Below, piece after piece: positions 19,849-28,443 of a stretch of DNA of 64,000 nt (position 1 is the stretch's first letter; each line of letters begins with the position of its first letter). The stretch comes from Minisyncoccota bacterium. Its GTDB lineage: Bacteria; Patescibacteriota; Minisyncoccia; Phycocordibacterales; GCA-2747955. The stretch covers positions 1,859 to 65,858 of the forward strand of contig JAHDEI010000003.1 in the NCBI GenBank assembly GCA_020628915.1, read 5' to 3'. A model generated the notes under the pieces. It saw only the letters and a program-made list of their open reading frames with translations, searched no databases and had not been told where the DNA came from. Made by a program: the position numbers and the translations under genes.

Positions 19849-20640
19849 ATGTCGAAAAATCTTTCGACAAACCCATTTTCACAACGTTCAATCAGTAAGC
19901 ATGTCAAAACAAAGGCAACAAATAATGTCGTTACCCTTGGTTCCGGAGCATTTGCTTTGGGAATTGTGGGGATAACGGCTGCTGCCACCGGAGGGTTACC
20001 TCTCTGGGCATTGCTTGCTGCTGGCGGTTGTGGATTGGTGAGTGTCGGTAGTCTAACTAACGACCTCACTGCCAGAAAGCATTCGATTGTCAGTCGGTAT
20101 TTGCAAGAGGCTAAACAGTTTCTTGCAGAGAAAGCTGATCGTCATGCACAATCTCTCTTGGTTCGCGCGGAAGACTCAGGTAATGAAAAAGCTATACAGC
20201 AGATTCAAGAACTAGAGACTTCCTTCCGTGATTTTCGAGAATTAGTAGACGGCAAGTTACAAGACTCAGGTTTTGCACATGCTCGTTTTATTGGTTCTGT
20301 TGAACAAGCTCGTGAAGAAGCACTTTCAATGATCGAAGAAATTCTCGATAGCCTTGATGCTATTGAGAGTATCCCCGATGACTTAGGTGATCGGGTTGAT
20401 TCGTCAAATGATCGTGTCTCTGAGCTACGACGAGAGAGGTTGGGACATAAAGACAGGGTATATGCTCGAATTGACGAGCTATATGCCGGGGTCGAACACT
20501 GCCTGACAAAAATTTCAGAGTTGTCTATCAAAATTCCCCGCATAGGGAAGGGTGATAATTCTGATGCTGTATATCAGCGCAGTTTAAGAGAGTTAGAGAG
20601 TCTAGGCTCTCTTGCACAAACAATCAACAGAGAAACATAG
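19849..20640 (+). CDS. Membrane coiled-coil protein, XpaC-like partner of TelA
   Basis: Two N-terminal hydrophobic helices plus coiled coil, directly upstream of the telA-like gene. Confidence 0.5.
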   Translation: MSKNLSTNPFSQRSISKHVKTKATNNVVTLGSGAFALGIVGITAAATGGLPLWALLAAGGCGLVSVGSLTNDLTARKHSIVSRYLQEAKQFLAEKADRHAQSLLVRAEDSGNEKAIQQIQELETSFRDFRELVDGKLQDSGFAHARFIGSVEQAREEALSMIEEILDSLDAIESIPDDLGDRVDSSNDRVSELRRERLGHKDRVYARIDELYAGVEHCLTKISELSIKIPRIGKGDNSDAVYQRSLRELESLGSLAQTINRET

Positions 20641-20651
20641 AAAGGTATATT

Positions 20652-21875
20652 ATGGTTTCTACAGCAATGGCCGCCGATGTGGCGGCTCAGGAAATCCAAT
20701 CGGTTCAGCCCAAGAAATTTACACTTGATGTGAATAGAATTGAGTCTGAAACAAAGCCGGTTGTGGTTGCCGATCCGGAAATGCATGAACGTGCAAACGG
20801 TTTGATTGAGTCGCTTTTGGCGATGGATCTTGATGCAGATCAAGAGGCAATCAAAACCGAAGTCTCACGTGCTGGCTCTAATTTGTTGCGAGGTGGAGGA
20901 CGCAAAAGCGAACTTCTCAGTGCAAAAATGAAAGAGCTAATGCAAGACAAAACTGGTGGCGAAAACGTTGCCAACGATTTGATTGCACTTCGAGATGAGG
21001 TTTCAAAACTTGATCCGGGCCGTGTGAATTTTTCGCCGGGCGGGATCGGTCGATTTGTCGAAAAAATGCCAATTATTGGTGGGAGAGTGAAAAAATATCT
21101 CAACCAGTATGAACGCGGTGATGTGGTTATTAACCAAATCGCTGACGGCCTGCGGGCTGGCCAAGCCAGACTCGAAAATGACAATGTGATCTTGCGTGAT
21201 GACCAGGCTGAATGGCGGATGGCCTCTATTGCCTTGAAAAAGGAAGCAGAGTTCCTCAAGTTAGTCAGCGATCAGTTGCAGTCTCGTATTGCAACTATGG
21301 AAAATCAAGAACATAAAGGTTTTCTGCAACGTGAAGTGGTATTCCCACTGATGAAGACTCACAGTCGGCTTTTAACTGCAGCAGCAGTTGATCAGCAGGG
21401 TGTTTTGTCCGCAGAAGTCCTGGTTCGTGCAAACACGGCACTAATCGAAGGCATCGAAGATGCGCTCTACGTGACCATCCGTGCACTACGCATCGGTGTC
21501 ACTCTTGCCGTCGCTCTTGCTCACCAGAAAAAAGTTCTAGGTGGGCTTGAAAAGACGCAAGACATGACCAACAAAATGCTGGAACGTAACGCAGACATGC
21601 TTGGTACTCAAGCAGCTGACGTTTATAAACGTGCTAGTGGTGTTGGTGTCAATGTTGATACATTGCAAGCAGCAATGGACAAATCCATTGCGGCCATCAA
21701 GTCTTTGGATGATTTCCGTATGGAAGCCATTCGAACAATGTCAGGCCAGATCAAGCAACTTGAGCAGGTTACTGACAATGGTGAAAAAGCAATTCGTGAG
21801 ATGGAAGCAGGCAACAAGATTGCCGATGACGTCTCTACAGCAGGCTTCTTTGCATATGCGCAGAAGGCTGCCTAA
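20652..21875 (+). CDS. telA: Toxic anion resistance protein (TelA/KlaA family)
   Basis: LRDEVSKLDP, KKYLNQYE, L..DN..L, N..LI..I, ALAHQKKVL, TNKMLERNA.ML pattern typical of TelA. Confidence 0.8.
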   Translation: MVSTAMAADVAAQEIQSVQPKKFTLDVNRIESETKPVVVADPEMHERANGLIESLLAMDLDADQEAIKTEVSRAGSNLLRGGGRKSELLSAKMKELMQDKTGGENVANDLIALRDEVSKLDPGRVNFSPGGIGRFVEKMPIIGGRVKKYLNQYERGDVVINQIADGLRAGQARLENDNVILRDDQAEWRMASIALKKEAEFLKLVSDQLQSRIATMENQEHKGFLQREVVFPLMKTHSRLLTAAAVDQQGVLSAEVLVRANTALIEGIEDALYVTIRALRIGVTLAVALAHQKKVLGGLEKTQDMTNKMLERNADMLGTQAADVYKRASGVGVNVDTLQAAMDKSIAAIKSLDDFRMEAIRTMSGQIKQLEQVTDNGEKAIREMEAGNKIADDVSTAGFFAYAQKAA

Positions 21876-21941
21876 CACTCTATTCTGCAGCCTTCGTGGC
21901 TGCCGAAACCTCATTACGTAATTTTTGAGAAAGGAAAAAAA

Positions 21942-23066
21942 ATGAAACGTAATTTTCTGTTGACTACAACAATGGCGATCACTCTAGCACTTGGTGCTTG
22001 TGGTGATTCTTCGAAACCGGCAACTCAAACTCCGGCCCCTGCTGCGACATCGTCAAATGTTGTGATGGGTAGTGGAGATACTTGTCGTTTCGCTTGGTCG
22101 CATTACACCGGCTGGGAACCAGTCTACATGATGCAATCAGAAGGGATCGCAGAACGAATGGGCGCGAAATATAATGTAAATATTACGATTTCGCCGCCAA
22201 TGGACTATGTCGAATCGTTGACGCAGTTCGCTGCGGGAACATTTGATTTTGTGACTTCAACCGGCATGGACGCATTGACGATTCCTGCCGCCGGAGGCAC
22301 AGTCACTGACTATATCGTTGCAGGTGATTTTTCAAATGGCAACGACGCAATCGTGGTAATCGATCCAGCCGGCTCGATCCAATCTGTTGCTGACCTGAAA
22401 GGCAAGGAGGTTATCCTTGTTGAAGGATCAGTGTCAGACTTCATGCTTTCGAAAGCTTTGGATGATTATGGCTTATCTGGGTCAGATGTTGTTCGCAAGA
22501 ACACAAGTGATGCAGATATCGGTTCTATTCTGGCTACTGCTTCTGACGGAACAGTTGCTGTGACATGGAACCCGATCGTACTACAAACACTCGAAGCTCG
22601 GAAAAATGATGGCGCCCGAAGTGTCTTTGATTCATCACAGACACCTGGCCTTATCATGGATGGTATTCTGGCAAACGATGGTGCCACTGAAGCCTGTCGT
22701 TATGCAGTTACTGCAGCCTGGTATGAAGCCGTCTCTCTGATTCCGCAGTCGCGCTCAGCAAATGCTGATCCGGCGGCATATGAAAGAATGGCCCGCTTTG
22801 CCTCTGGTAATGCGGCAAACTCAGTTGAGCTCTTTGATGCCCAGCTGGGGACGACCCGGATGTTTTACACACCAATGGACGGTATTTCTGTAATGGAAAG
22901 CCAGCAGCTAAAAGACAACATGGAATTCATCCGTGAGTTCGCAGCTGGTTCTGGGTTGATTGACAGCGCAGACGTCGTCGGTGTTTCGTTCCCGGACGGT
23001 TCCGTTCAAGGGGGTTCAAACGTAAAATTACGTTTTACTTCCAAATATATGAACGGCGTTCGTTAA
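21942..23066 (+). CDS. ABC transporter substrate-binding lipoprotein (NitT/TauT class)
   Basis: Lipobox LGAC; AWSHYTGWEP, DYVESLTQF, DFSNGNDA, VTWNP. Confidence 0.85.
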   Translation: MKRNFLLTTTMAITLALGACGDSSKPATQTPAPAATSSNVVMGSGDTCRFAWSHYTGWEPVYMMQSEGIAERMGAKYNVNITISPPMDYVESLTQFAAGTFDFVTSTGMDALTIPAAGGTVTDYIVAGDFSNGNDAIVVIDPAGSIQSVADLKGKEVILVEGSVSDFMLSKALDDYGLSGSDVVRKNTSDADIGSILATASDGTVAVTWNPIVLQTLEARKNDGARSVFDSSQTPGLIMDGILANDGATEACRYAVTAAWYEAVSLIPQSRSANADPAAYERMARFASGNAANSVELFDAQLGTTRMFYTPMDGISVMESQQLKDNMEFIREFAAGSGLIDSADVVGVSFPDGSVQGGSNVKLRFTSKYMNGVR

Positions 23067-23104
23067 TTTTTCTCCTATGAGGACTCCCTTTCTGGGGGTC
23101 CTCA

Positions 23105-23153
23105 GCGTCACAGGATGTGTGTCCTGTCTGATGAGTCCAAAAGGACGAAACGC
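23105..23153 (+). ncRNA. Type III hammerhead ribozyme (copy 1), predicted cleavage after C23109
   Basis: GCG-TC / stem I ACAGGAT-GTGT-GTCCTGT / CTGATGA / stem II GTCC-AAAA-GGAC / GAAA-CGC; all core nucleotides present. Confidence 0.9.
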
Positions 23154-23292
23154 AGTTGTTCATTTACATACAATATACGACAATGTTTTTAATGTATGTG
23201 AAACGATATTGTGTAGGGCAGATATGGTCTTCACAATATCGTTTCACATGAGGCGATTTTAAAACTCGCCTTAACGATAGAGAGGAGTTAAT

Positions 23293-24123
23293 ATGAGAAA
23301 AAAATCTATCTTTGGTCTTTATGGCCACATTAAACAGCCGTGGAATTTCCTGTTAGGGGTAATTCCAATTGCATTTTTATTCATAGGATTTCAGGTTTTG
23401 AGCTGGAATTATCTTGCTGATAATCCTGACGGAAAACTATTCCGTGGGTGGGAAAACGTATTTGCAGCTTTGCATCGGATGGCAACAGTCAAAGATGTTA
23501 TGTCTGGTGAATATTTGTTATGGAGCGACATGTTCGTGACATTAAAGCGCCTACTCGTCGGGTTAGGGTTAGCAGTTTTCTCTGCTGCTTTGCTCGGGGT
23601 TCATATGGCGTTCTTCCCATGGATTCGGGCAATCTTTTTGCCGTTTATCCGTCTTGTTTCCAATCTGCCGGTCATCATTGTGATCTCAATTGTCTTGCTA
23701 CTAGCAGGTACAGGAGAGTTCTTTAAGGTGGCGATGGTATTTCTTGGAACTGTGTTTTTGTTGAGTCGTGACATCTTTCGATCAGCTGATGCTGTATCAA
23801 GACAACGGGTTACCAAAACATTGACACTTGGTGCATCGCCGCTTGGTGTTATTTACCGAGTGATGCTGCCTAGGTTGGCACCAGATATCATTGCCGCAAT
23901 CAGACTTGCTTTGCCAGGCGCATGGATTTATGCATTGGTGAGCGAGATGACGATTTCTACTGATGGTCTTGGCTATCGAGTCGCAGTCATGCGTCGGCAC
24001 ATGGAAATGGACGTCATTATTGGGTACGTATTGGTGGTTTCACTACTGGCGATACTTATCGATTTTGTCTTAAAGACAATTTCTGAGAAACGTTATCCAT
24101 GGCACAACCCGGAGGGTAAATAA
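23293..24123 (+). CDS. ABC transporter permease (NitT/TauT/SsuC class)
   Basis: Multi-TM; TLTLGAS EAA-like loop; W..LVSE...GLGY. Confidence 0.88.
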   Translation: MRKKSIFGLYGHIKQPWNFLLGVIPIAFLFIGFQVLSWNYLADNPDGKLFRGWENVFAALHRMATVKDVMSGEYLLWSDMFVTLKRLLVGLGLAVFSAALLGVHMAFFPWIRAIFLPFIRLVSNLPVIIVISIVLLLAGTGEFFKVAMVFLGTVFLLSRDIFRSADAVSRQRVTKTLTLGASPLGVIYRVMLPRLAPDIIAAIRLALPGAWIYALVSEMTISTDGLGYRVAVMRRHMEMDVIIGYVLVVSLLAILIDFVLKTISEKRYPWHNPEGK

Positions 24124-24125
24124 CA

Positions 24126-25079
24126 ATGACCACCACAGATAAACTTGAAAAATTGATCGATGATTTAGATCAAAAAACAGTTGGTTCACCTAGAGAATAT
24201 GTTTTACATCTATTAGATGTACACAAATCTTATGACGATGGTCGTGTCCAGGTTTTACATGATCTTGATCTCAAAATTACCGAAGGCGAATTTGTAACTC
24301 TTGTTGGTCCATCTGGATGCGGCAAGTCAACACTTTTGCGAGCGGTTTTGGGTGAAGAAGATGTTACCGAAGGCACTGCGACAATTCGTGGTTCTGCAAT
24401 TAAGACGCCGGATGTGACACGAGGAATTGTCTACCAAGACCATTCTTTGTTCCCGCATTTAACAGCATGGCAAAATGTCATGATGGGTCCGAAATTGCAG
24501 CAGTCGTGGTGGAAATTCAAAAAAGTTTCTGAGGCAGACAAGCAGTTGGCACGAGAATACCTCGAGCGAGCAGGTATGTCTGAACACCTCGACAAGAAAC
24601 CATATGAGCTTTCCGGCGGTCAAAAACAACGTATCGCGATCATTCAAGCATTGATGGCTAAACCAGAAATTTTATTGATGGACGAACCATTTTCTGCGCT
24701 AGATGAGACAACTCGTGAAGATATGCAGCTGCTGCTGCTTGAGCTATATGAACAGACTGGCATGACCATTTTGTTTATCACTCATGATCTGACTGAGGCG
24801 TTATATCTTGGAACCAGAAACATTGCTTTGTCCCAATACTATGTTGACGGACGAGGTGATGAAACAAAAGGGGCCAGGATAGTTTCTGATATTCGGCTGC
24901 GTGAAATTGGTACAGCGATTTCTCCAAGTGAGAAGTCGTCACCGAAATTACATGCATTGAAAGATAAAATCCGTGCTGAGGCATTTGATCCTGACCATAT
25001 TAGACATGCAAAGGACTTTACGTTGACTCATCCGGATTCATTTCAAACACTAACCGAGCGCGAAGCCGCTGTCGTATAG
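24126..25079 (+). CDS. ABC transporter ATP-binding subunit (NitT/TauT class)
   Basis: GPSGCGKS, LSGGQ, LLMDEPFSALD, ITHD. Confidence 0.93.
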   Translation: MTTTDKLEKLIDDLDQKTVGSPREYVLHLLDVHKSYDDGRVQVLHDLDLKITEGEFVTLVGPSGCGKSTLLRAVLGEEDVTEGTATIRGSAIKTPDVTRGIVYQDHSLFPHLTAWQNVMMGPKLQQSWWKFKKVSEADKQLAREYLERAGMSEHLDKKPYELSGGQKQRIAIIQALMAKPEILLMDEPFSALDETTREDMQLLLLELYEQTGMTILFITHDLTEALYLGTRNIALSQYYVDGRGDETKGARIVSDIRLREIGTAISPSEKSSPKLHALKDKIRAEAFDPDHIRHAKDFTLTHPDSFQTLTEREAAVV

Positions 25080-25085
25080 AACCAT

Positions 25086-25110
25086 AAACCCCACCTTGGT
25101 GGGGTTTTTT
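25086..25110 (+). terminator. Operon terminator
   Basis: AAACCCCACC-TT-GGTGGGGTTT plus T tract. Confidence 0.75.
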
Positions 25111-25153
25111 CTTTGGTAAAGCAAAAACGATGCGTTCACATCGTTTTTGCCTT

Positions 25154-25228
25154 TGGTGCACCCGCCAGGACTCGAACCTGGAATGACGGTTCCGAAGACC
25201 GTAGTGATATCCATTTCACCACAGGTGC
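25154..25228 (-). tRNA. tRNA-Arg(TCG) with encoded CCA
   Basis: GCACCTG/CGGGTGC acceptor stem, ACGGT-CTTCGGA-ACCGT anticodon arm, GGA with A20, GTTCGAG T loop. Confidence 0.95.
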
Positions 25229-25273
25229 ATGTTCGGTTGAAATAGCTTCCTAATAATGAGTGCAAATTTTTTA

Positions 25274-25385
25274 ACGGTCTGTGACCGTAGTGACTATGGT
25301 TTTATTTGCATTTCACCACAGGTGCATATTTCGGTTTTTTGATCGCACCTGTTATTTACATTTTTCGTAGGTGCATATTCAGTTG
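25274..25385 (-). repeat. Degenerate partial copies of the tRNA-Arg 5' half in its leader
   Basis: CATTTCACCACAGGTGCAT identical at 25212-25230 and 25309-25327; GACCGTAGTGA repeated; third weak copy at about 25359-25385. Confidence 0.65.
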
Positions 25386-25443
25386 TGCGCGCATTATACA
25401 TAGTTTTAAAAATAAAGAAAAGCTTGTATGATGAACTATACTC

Positions 25444-25821
25444 ATGGGAAAGAAATACACAAAGCATCTGCAAATTGGGCAGATGGGTGAAAATATTGCC
25501 TGCGAATTCTTAAAGAACAAAGGGTTTTTGATAGTTGAGACAAACGCGAGGCAAAAGTGGGGAGGACTCGACATTGTTAGTAAGAACAAAAAGACAGGGA
25601 TAACTCACATTGTTGAGGTCAAGACAGTGCGTGGCGCCAAAGGCGCCACGCTGGTATCCCCGTCAGAAAACCTTACTCGCGCAAAATTAGAAAAACTAGA
25701 GAGGGCAGCAATATTATATTGTCAGGAGAATTGTATACAGGATTGGCAACTAGATATGGTCCTTGTTTGGCTTGATGAAGATAACCGTAAAGCAGAAATT
25801 AGACACGAACAAATTTTTTGA
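25444..25821 (+). CDS. yraN: YraN-family (UPF0102) endonuclease
   Basis: GQMGENIACEFL..KG, LDIV, HIVEVKT. Confidence 0.85.
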   Translation: MGKKYTKHLQIGQMGENIACEFLKNKGFLIVETNARQKWGGLDIVSKNKKTGITHIVEVKTVRGAKGATLVSPSENLTRAKLEKLERAAILYCQENCIQDWQLDMVLVWLDEDNRKAEIRHEQIF

Positions 25822-25874
25822 CAAATACTAAATTTTTCCGTATTATTCTTTTTAGAAAAGAGTGGAGAATAAAC

Positions 25875-26498
25875 ATGTCTCAAAAAAATGATGACAGTCA
25901 GACAAATTTATTGATTGAGTTATTACAACATCGCCTCGATAACTATGGATGGGCACCACCCAAATATCGTAGGAATAAGATGGTTATTGCAAAGCATTTT
26001 AGATCAATGATTGAGAATCAAGATTTTGATCTCACGGCCCACGCTCGGGGATGTAGTGTCGCAACCCCATGTTACAAGTGCTCCTTTTTTGCTGAGGTGC
26101 GTTCAAGTCGGTTAGATGCGTTTGAAATTATTAGACTGTGTTCAAAAATTGCTGGAAGTGATTTGGCCAAAATCTTTTCAAGAACGAAGGGAGTTCGAAT
26201 TACGCACTATGATGTTCGTTATGCATATAATCTCGTGCGAGCAACATTAATTCACCGAGCTAATTTTTTAGAAGATTTTGCAGAAATGACAAAGGAAGAA
26301 TTCATGACTCCTAGCGGTCTGGCACTTTCTTCGTATTTAGATGTATCAAATTTGCTGGCTGCTCATGGACTGGTTTTCAAGGGAGAAGATCGTCCCTGGA
26401 TTATCGAGTCAGCTGATGCCTTGAAAGACGATGATATAGCTGCCCTTGCCTTTGTTTCAAAAAAGCTTGGGATCCAACCAAGACAAATCGCCCAGTAA
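25875..26498 (+). CDS. Hypothetical protein with a Cys motif and an RNAP alpha-CTD-like segment
   Basis: CxxxxxCxxC; VRYAYN...LEDFAEMTKEEF...GL..SS..DV..LL..HGL; own promoter TTGACA-17-TATTAT and SD GGAG. Confidence 0.55.
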   Translation: MSQKNDDSQTNLLIELLQHRLDNYGWAPPKYRRNKMVIAKHFRSMIENQDFDLTAHARGCSVATPCYKCSFFAEVRSSRLDAFEIIRLCSKIAGSDLAKIFSRTKGVRITHYDVRYAYNLVRATLIHRANFLEDFAEMTKEEFMTPSGLALSSYLDVSNLLAAHGLVFKGEDRPWIIESADALKDDDIAALAFVSKKLGIQPRQIAQ

Positions 26499-26508
26499 GG
26501 GCGATTTT

Positions 26509-26703
26509 TTAATGACATTGAATTGGTCCGACCAGAAAATCTGATCGCATGGTCCGGGCGATGTTTTCATCAATGGCTCGATTTTCTCTGATAGTTTTTT
26601 CAGACAATTCCCATCCGGGAATATTAGATTGTTCAATCATTTTTGCAGTAACGTGGACGACATTTGGAAAATCCGCAATTGACCCGTAACGCTGTTTTGA
26701 CAT
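26509..26703 (-). CDS. Small hypothetical protein
   Basis: 64 aa ORF with SD AAGGAG. Confidence 0.5.
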   Translation of the reverse strand: MSKQRYGSIADFPNVVHVTAKMIEQSNIPGWELSEKTIRENRAIDENIARTMRSDFLVGPIQCH

Positions 26704-26776
26704 AAGAGCTCCTTTTCTTTGCTTTTTGTATCATAACAAAAACGCGAGCCGGTCGGCTCGCGTTTTTATTTTGGTT

Positions 26777-27370
26777 TTAGATTTTTCCAACCAAATCAAT
26801 CCCCGGCTCAAGAGTATCTTTTCCTGGTTCCCACGATGCAGGACATACCATTCCGTCGTTTTCTGCTACAAATTTTGCAGCTTTAACTTTTCGTAATAAT
26901 TCTTGTGCTGATCGTCCGATTGAGTTGTCATTTACTTCTGATAGTTTCAGGACTCCTTCTGGGTCGATAACAAATGTTCCACGGAGAGACATCCCTTCGT
27001 CTTCGATGTATGTGTCAAAAGTCATACACATCTCACCTGTTGGGTCTGCTGCCATTGGGTAGGTAATTTTTTTGATCGCCTCCGAGTGATCATGCCATGC
27101 CTTGTGTGTGAATACTGTATCTGTTGAGACAGAGATGACTTCTGCTCCTTCGGCTTTGAATAGTTCATAGGCATTTGCCATTTCTTCTAATTCCGTGGGA
27201 CACACAAATGTAAAGTCTGCAGGGTAGAAAAATAGAATTAACCATTTTCCTTTGTAATCTGAGATTTTTGCTTTTTTAAATTCGTTATTGTGAAAATATT
27301 CGAATTCTAAATCTGGTACCGGGAACCCAACATGTGCGTGCATCGGTGCTGTTTTTTCTGAATGTTCCAT
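26777..27370 (-). CDS. ahpC: 2-Cys peroxiredoxin AhpC
   Basis: FYPADFTFVCPTE and VCPASW. Confidence 0.95.
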   Translation of the reverse strand: MEHSEKTAPMHAHVGFPVPDLEFEYFHNNEFKKAKISDYKGKWLILFFYPADFTFVCPTELEEMANAYELFKAEGAEVISVSTDTVFTHKAWHDHSEAIKKITYPMAADPTGEMCMTFDTYIEDEGMSLRGTFVIDPEGVLKLSEVNDNSIGRSAQELLRKVKAAKFVAENDGMVCPASWEPGKDTLEPGIDLVGKI

Positions 27371-27431
27371 AATAATGTTTCAGTTATTTTTCTTTTAATC
27401 TAACGTTTTGCATTATATCATTGGCATATAT

Positions 27432-28370
27432 ATGAAGCTACGAAATATCTTACCCACTTTATTCACAAAAAAGAAGAAGGCCCTGGTAATTGTGGGACCA
27501 ACTGCGTCAGGAAAATCTTCTTTGGCTATTGAGGTTGCAAAGAAATACAATGGTGAGATTATTTCATGTGACTCGAGGCAAATATACAAAGGGCTCGAAA
27601 TCTTTTCAGGTGCAGTTACTGATGAAACATCTGATGGTGTGAAACACCATATTGTTTCACTAGTAGAGCCAGGCGAAACATTTTCGGCTGATTGTTTCAC
27701 AAAAGAGGCGCTCAGATATATTGATCAAATAACAGAAAAAGAAAAATTACCAATAGTTGCTGGAGGTACAGGGTTTTGGGCGCAGTCATTGTTGTATGAA
27801 TCAGTGTTCCCTCAGGTTGAGCCAGATTATGCGTTTCGTGAAACACTAGAGAGTTACACAATAAAAGATTTGTTAGAAATGTTGAAACAACAAGACCCAG
27901 AACGTGCCAAGACTGTTGACCCTCAGAATAAAAAGCGGATCATTCGTTCATTAGAGATAGTGCGCGCGGTTGGTAAGGTGCCACGTGCCAAGCATGTTTC
28001 ACGCAAAGGTTACACATTTGTTTTGGTTTATCTTAGTCCAGAAAAAGAAATTTTAGACAAGAGGATAAGAAACAATGTTTCGGCAAGGATGGACCAAGGA
28101 TTGATCAAAGAATCAGAGCAAGCTTTGGCTAATTTGAACGAACAACAAATAATCGAATTGGGCCTTGGATTTAAACATGTTTTAGATTTGCAAAGTGGTA
28201 AAATCAGCCGAGCTGATTTTGCCGCCCTCATGGTTCAGCAAGAGATTGGTTATGCCAAGCGCCAGAAAACTTTTTTTAAAAAACTTTTTAAAAAATACCG
28301 GGGACCAAAAATTCACATAACAGATATGGATTCACATGTGCGCCTGAAAAAAACAGAGTCTCTGTTATAA
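27432..28370 (+). CDS. miaA: tRNA dimethylallyltransferase
   Basis: GPTASGKS, DSRQIYKG, AGGTG, YAKRQ.TF. Confidence 0.92.
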   Translation: MKLRNILPTLFTKKKKALVIVGPTASGKSSLAIEVAKKYNGEIISCDSRQIYKGLEIFSGAVTDETSDGVKHHIVSLVEPGETFSADCFTKEALRYIDQITEKEKLPIVAGGTGFWAQSLLYESVFPQVEPDYAFRETLESYTIKDLLEMLKQQDPERAKTVDPQNKKRIIRSLEIVRAVGKVPRAKHVSRKGYTFVLVYLSPEKEILDKRIRNNVSARMDQGLIKESEQALANLNEQQIIELGLGFKHVLDLQSGKISRADFAALMVQQEIGYAKRQKTFFKKLFKKYRGPKIHITDMDSHVRLKKTESLL

Positions 28371-28443
28371 TTAGACCTTAGAGGACCTTTGCAGCAGCAC
28401 TGGTCTTTTCTCTTGCAAAAATGAAACAACAAGGAGACAAGAC

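Noticed and set aside
23077-23262. 61-aa ORF between the SBP and permease genes
   Set aside because: No SD, no recognisable protein, and it overlaps the ribozyme and hairpins; the region is better explained as structured RNA
13000-25228. Integrative island inserted at tRNA-Arg
   Set aside because: No duplicate of the tRNA 3' end and no integrase seen at either boundary; horizontal origin remains possible but is not demonstrated
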